The translations under genes and the position numbers were made by a program. The notes beneath the pieces were generated by a model. That model saw nothing but the letters and a program-made list of their open reading frames with translations, did not search any database and was not told the DNA's origin. Below, in pieces: positions 62,624 through 64,000 of a stretch of 64,000 bases of DNA. The DNA is from a virus: positions 32,001 to 96,000 of the IMG/VR virus record IMGVR_UViG_3300045960_000114, one strand, 5' to 3'. Numbering within the stretch: the stretch's first letter is position 1; every line of letters starts with the position of its first letter.

Positions 62624-64000
62624 TCAGCTCAGATCGATGGCCGGCGGCGCGGCGAAGTTCAGTTGCTCCTGGGTCATCTTGATGTCGTGGATGGCTGACA
62701 GGTCGGGGTATGCCTGCTCGGTGTGCCAGATCGCCATGCACGCGTAGTTGAGGGCATGGGCGAAGTCATCGGGCAGCTTTGGCTGGCGCCGGATTAGGAA
62801 CACGTCGCTGCCTGCTGGCGTATGGTGCTTGTCTTCAATCAGGGCGAGCAGGTCGCTCGTTACCTCTTTCGAGGTGTCGTAGTCCGGCAGCAGGATGTTA
62901 CCCGACTTGAGCGCCATGGACTGCAGAACCAGGCTTCGGGCTTTGTCGAGTGAGTAGTACCCGCGCAGCTCGCCACGCACGGGTGGGACGTATACCAGCA
63001 TGTCGCGCGCCGAGGCACGGACGTACATGAAACCCATGATGCGGTCCAGCGGCATGCCTGCCTGGATGATCAGGGTTTCGCGCACGGAGCCGGAGCCGCC
63101 ATAGTCGTGGCCCAGGAAGTGACAGCCAGACTCACGGAAATAGGTGAGGAGTGCGCTCACTTCGTCGTTGTGTGTGTTGCCGGCGTTGAAGCGCTCGCAG
63201 TAGTGGCACTCACAGCGGCCTGTCATGCCGTTCAAGCCAACCAATGCTACGGTGGTGTACGAGACTTCTTCCATGCCGCCACCGCCCCAGTCGATGCCGA
63301 GTGCTACCACTTTACAGTGGCGCAGCCGGTCTACGGCTTTGTTCCAGACATTCGGCCCAAGTACAGAGGCGTTACGGATGTCGGTGACGGTGATCAGCTT
63401 CATGCCGACGTCGGCGGACTCGCCCAGCACCTCGTTGTAGAACTTCTGCTTGGAGTAGCCGAGGCCGCCGTTCATCTTGATATGCAGCTCACGCCACTTG
63501 TTCGGTGTGGAGTAGTGCATTGGCATTACGACCTGCGGAATGTGGTACCCATAGAATCCGGGGTGTTCCTTGCCTTCGGTGTGATACCAGTGTCCTTCGC
63601 GGGGGTTGATTGGATTATCACACTTGGCGCACACAACCGTATCACGTCCGATCATCTTCAGTAGATCGGCTTGTGCGGCGGCCATGTTCCATTTGCCACA
63701 CGAGCGGCATGGTGTGACCCACTCCGCTTTGGTGCTTTCCTGCCAAAGCTGCTCGATCCCGTTGTCGAGCGTTTTTGGTGTACCGGAGTAGAAGGTCACG
63801 CCGTAGTCCAGTGAGGCGTCCATACAGGAGTTGATGATGGGGAGGAAGTCGTAGTCGATATCCTGGATCTCGTCCAGGAACTCCCAGTCACAGCTGATAC
63901 CGCGCACGCGTTCGCAGTCCAGGAACGCGAACGAAAAGAACATGGTGCTACCATTTGTGAAGGTTCGCTGCAGGACGCCCTGAGAGCACTGGCTGTCGAC
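62624..64000 (-). CDS. terL: Terminase large subunit (5' part lies outside the window)
   Basis: Frame open to the window edge (...QRTFTNGSTMFFSF); Walker B FLDEIQD; SGTPK; nuclease LGIDWG and DDFAHALNY. Confidence 0.85.
   Translation of the reverse strand, partial: VDSQCSQGVLQRTFTNGSTMFFSFAFLDCERVRGISCDWEFLDEIQDIDYDFLPIINSCMDASLDYGVTFYSGTPKTLDNGIEQLWQESTKAEWVTPCRSCGKWNMAAAQADLLKMIGRDTVVCAKCDNPINPREGHWYHTEGKEHPGFYGYHIPQVVMPMHYSTPNKWRELHIKMNGGLGYSKQKFYNEVLGESADVGMKLITVTDIRNASVLGPNVWNKAVDRLRHCKVVALGIDWGGGGMEEVSYTTVALVGLNGMTGRCECHYCERFNAGNTHNDEVSALLTYFRESGCHFLGHDYGGSGSVRETLIIQAGMPLDRIMGFMYVRASARDMLVYVPPVRGELRGYYSLDKARSLVLQSMALKSGNILLPDYDTSKEVTSDLLALIEDKHHTPAGSDVFLIRRQPKLPDDFAHALNYACMAIWHTEQAYPDLSAIHDIKMTQEQLNFAAPPAIDLS

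Noticed and set aside
1-64000. Stop-codon reassignment, as in some jumbo phages
   Set aside because: Standard code gives dense, uninterrupted, coupled ORFs ending in TAA, TAG and TGA.
1-64000. CRISPR array, tRNA, rRNA, integrase or IS element
   Set aside because: No regularly spaced repeats, cloverleaf/T-loop motifs, rRNA-like tracts, or transposase/integrase motifs seen by eye.

Overview
A 64-kb segment of a large, GC-rich, contractile-tailed (myovirus-type, probably jumbo) bacteriophage read in standard code 11. The host is probably diderm (inferred from a lipoprotein gene and a GT9-like glycosyltransferase). About 1-53.4 kb is one + strand virion block: putative head-internal proteins, prohead protease, scaffold, decoration protein, major capsid, neck, sheath, tube, spike, tail chaperone with a -1 frameshift, baseplate (interrupted by a sigma factor and a 1271-aa multi-enzyme protein), tail-fibre-associated paralogs and a glycosyltransferase. 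53.4-64 kb is a mixed-strand region with a Zn-finger primase-like gene, a spanin-like lipoprotein, a ParB-like gene and the 3' part of the large terminase. Strongest candidate for an undescribed system: a K-x-A motif recurs in putative head-internal proteins, brackets the protease core and falls at domain junctions of polyprotein-like genes, notably SNF2 helicase / LigD-type phosphoesterase + DNA ligase / HExxH membrane peptidase. This suggests a protease-processed, capsid-packaged cargo system. A largely separate set of exterior virion proteins carries codon-mixed poly-Ser tracts next to a phage glycosyltransferase (possible virion O-glycosylation). All function calls come from motif recognition and gene order; no database search was run.
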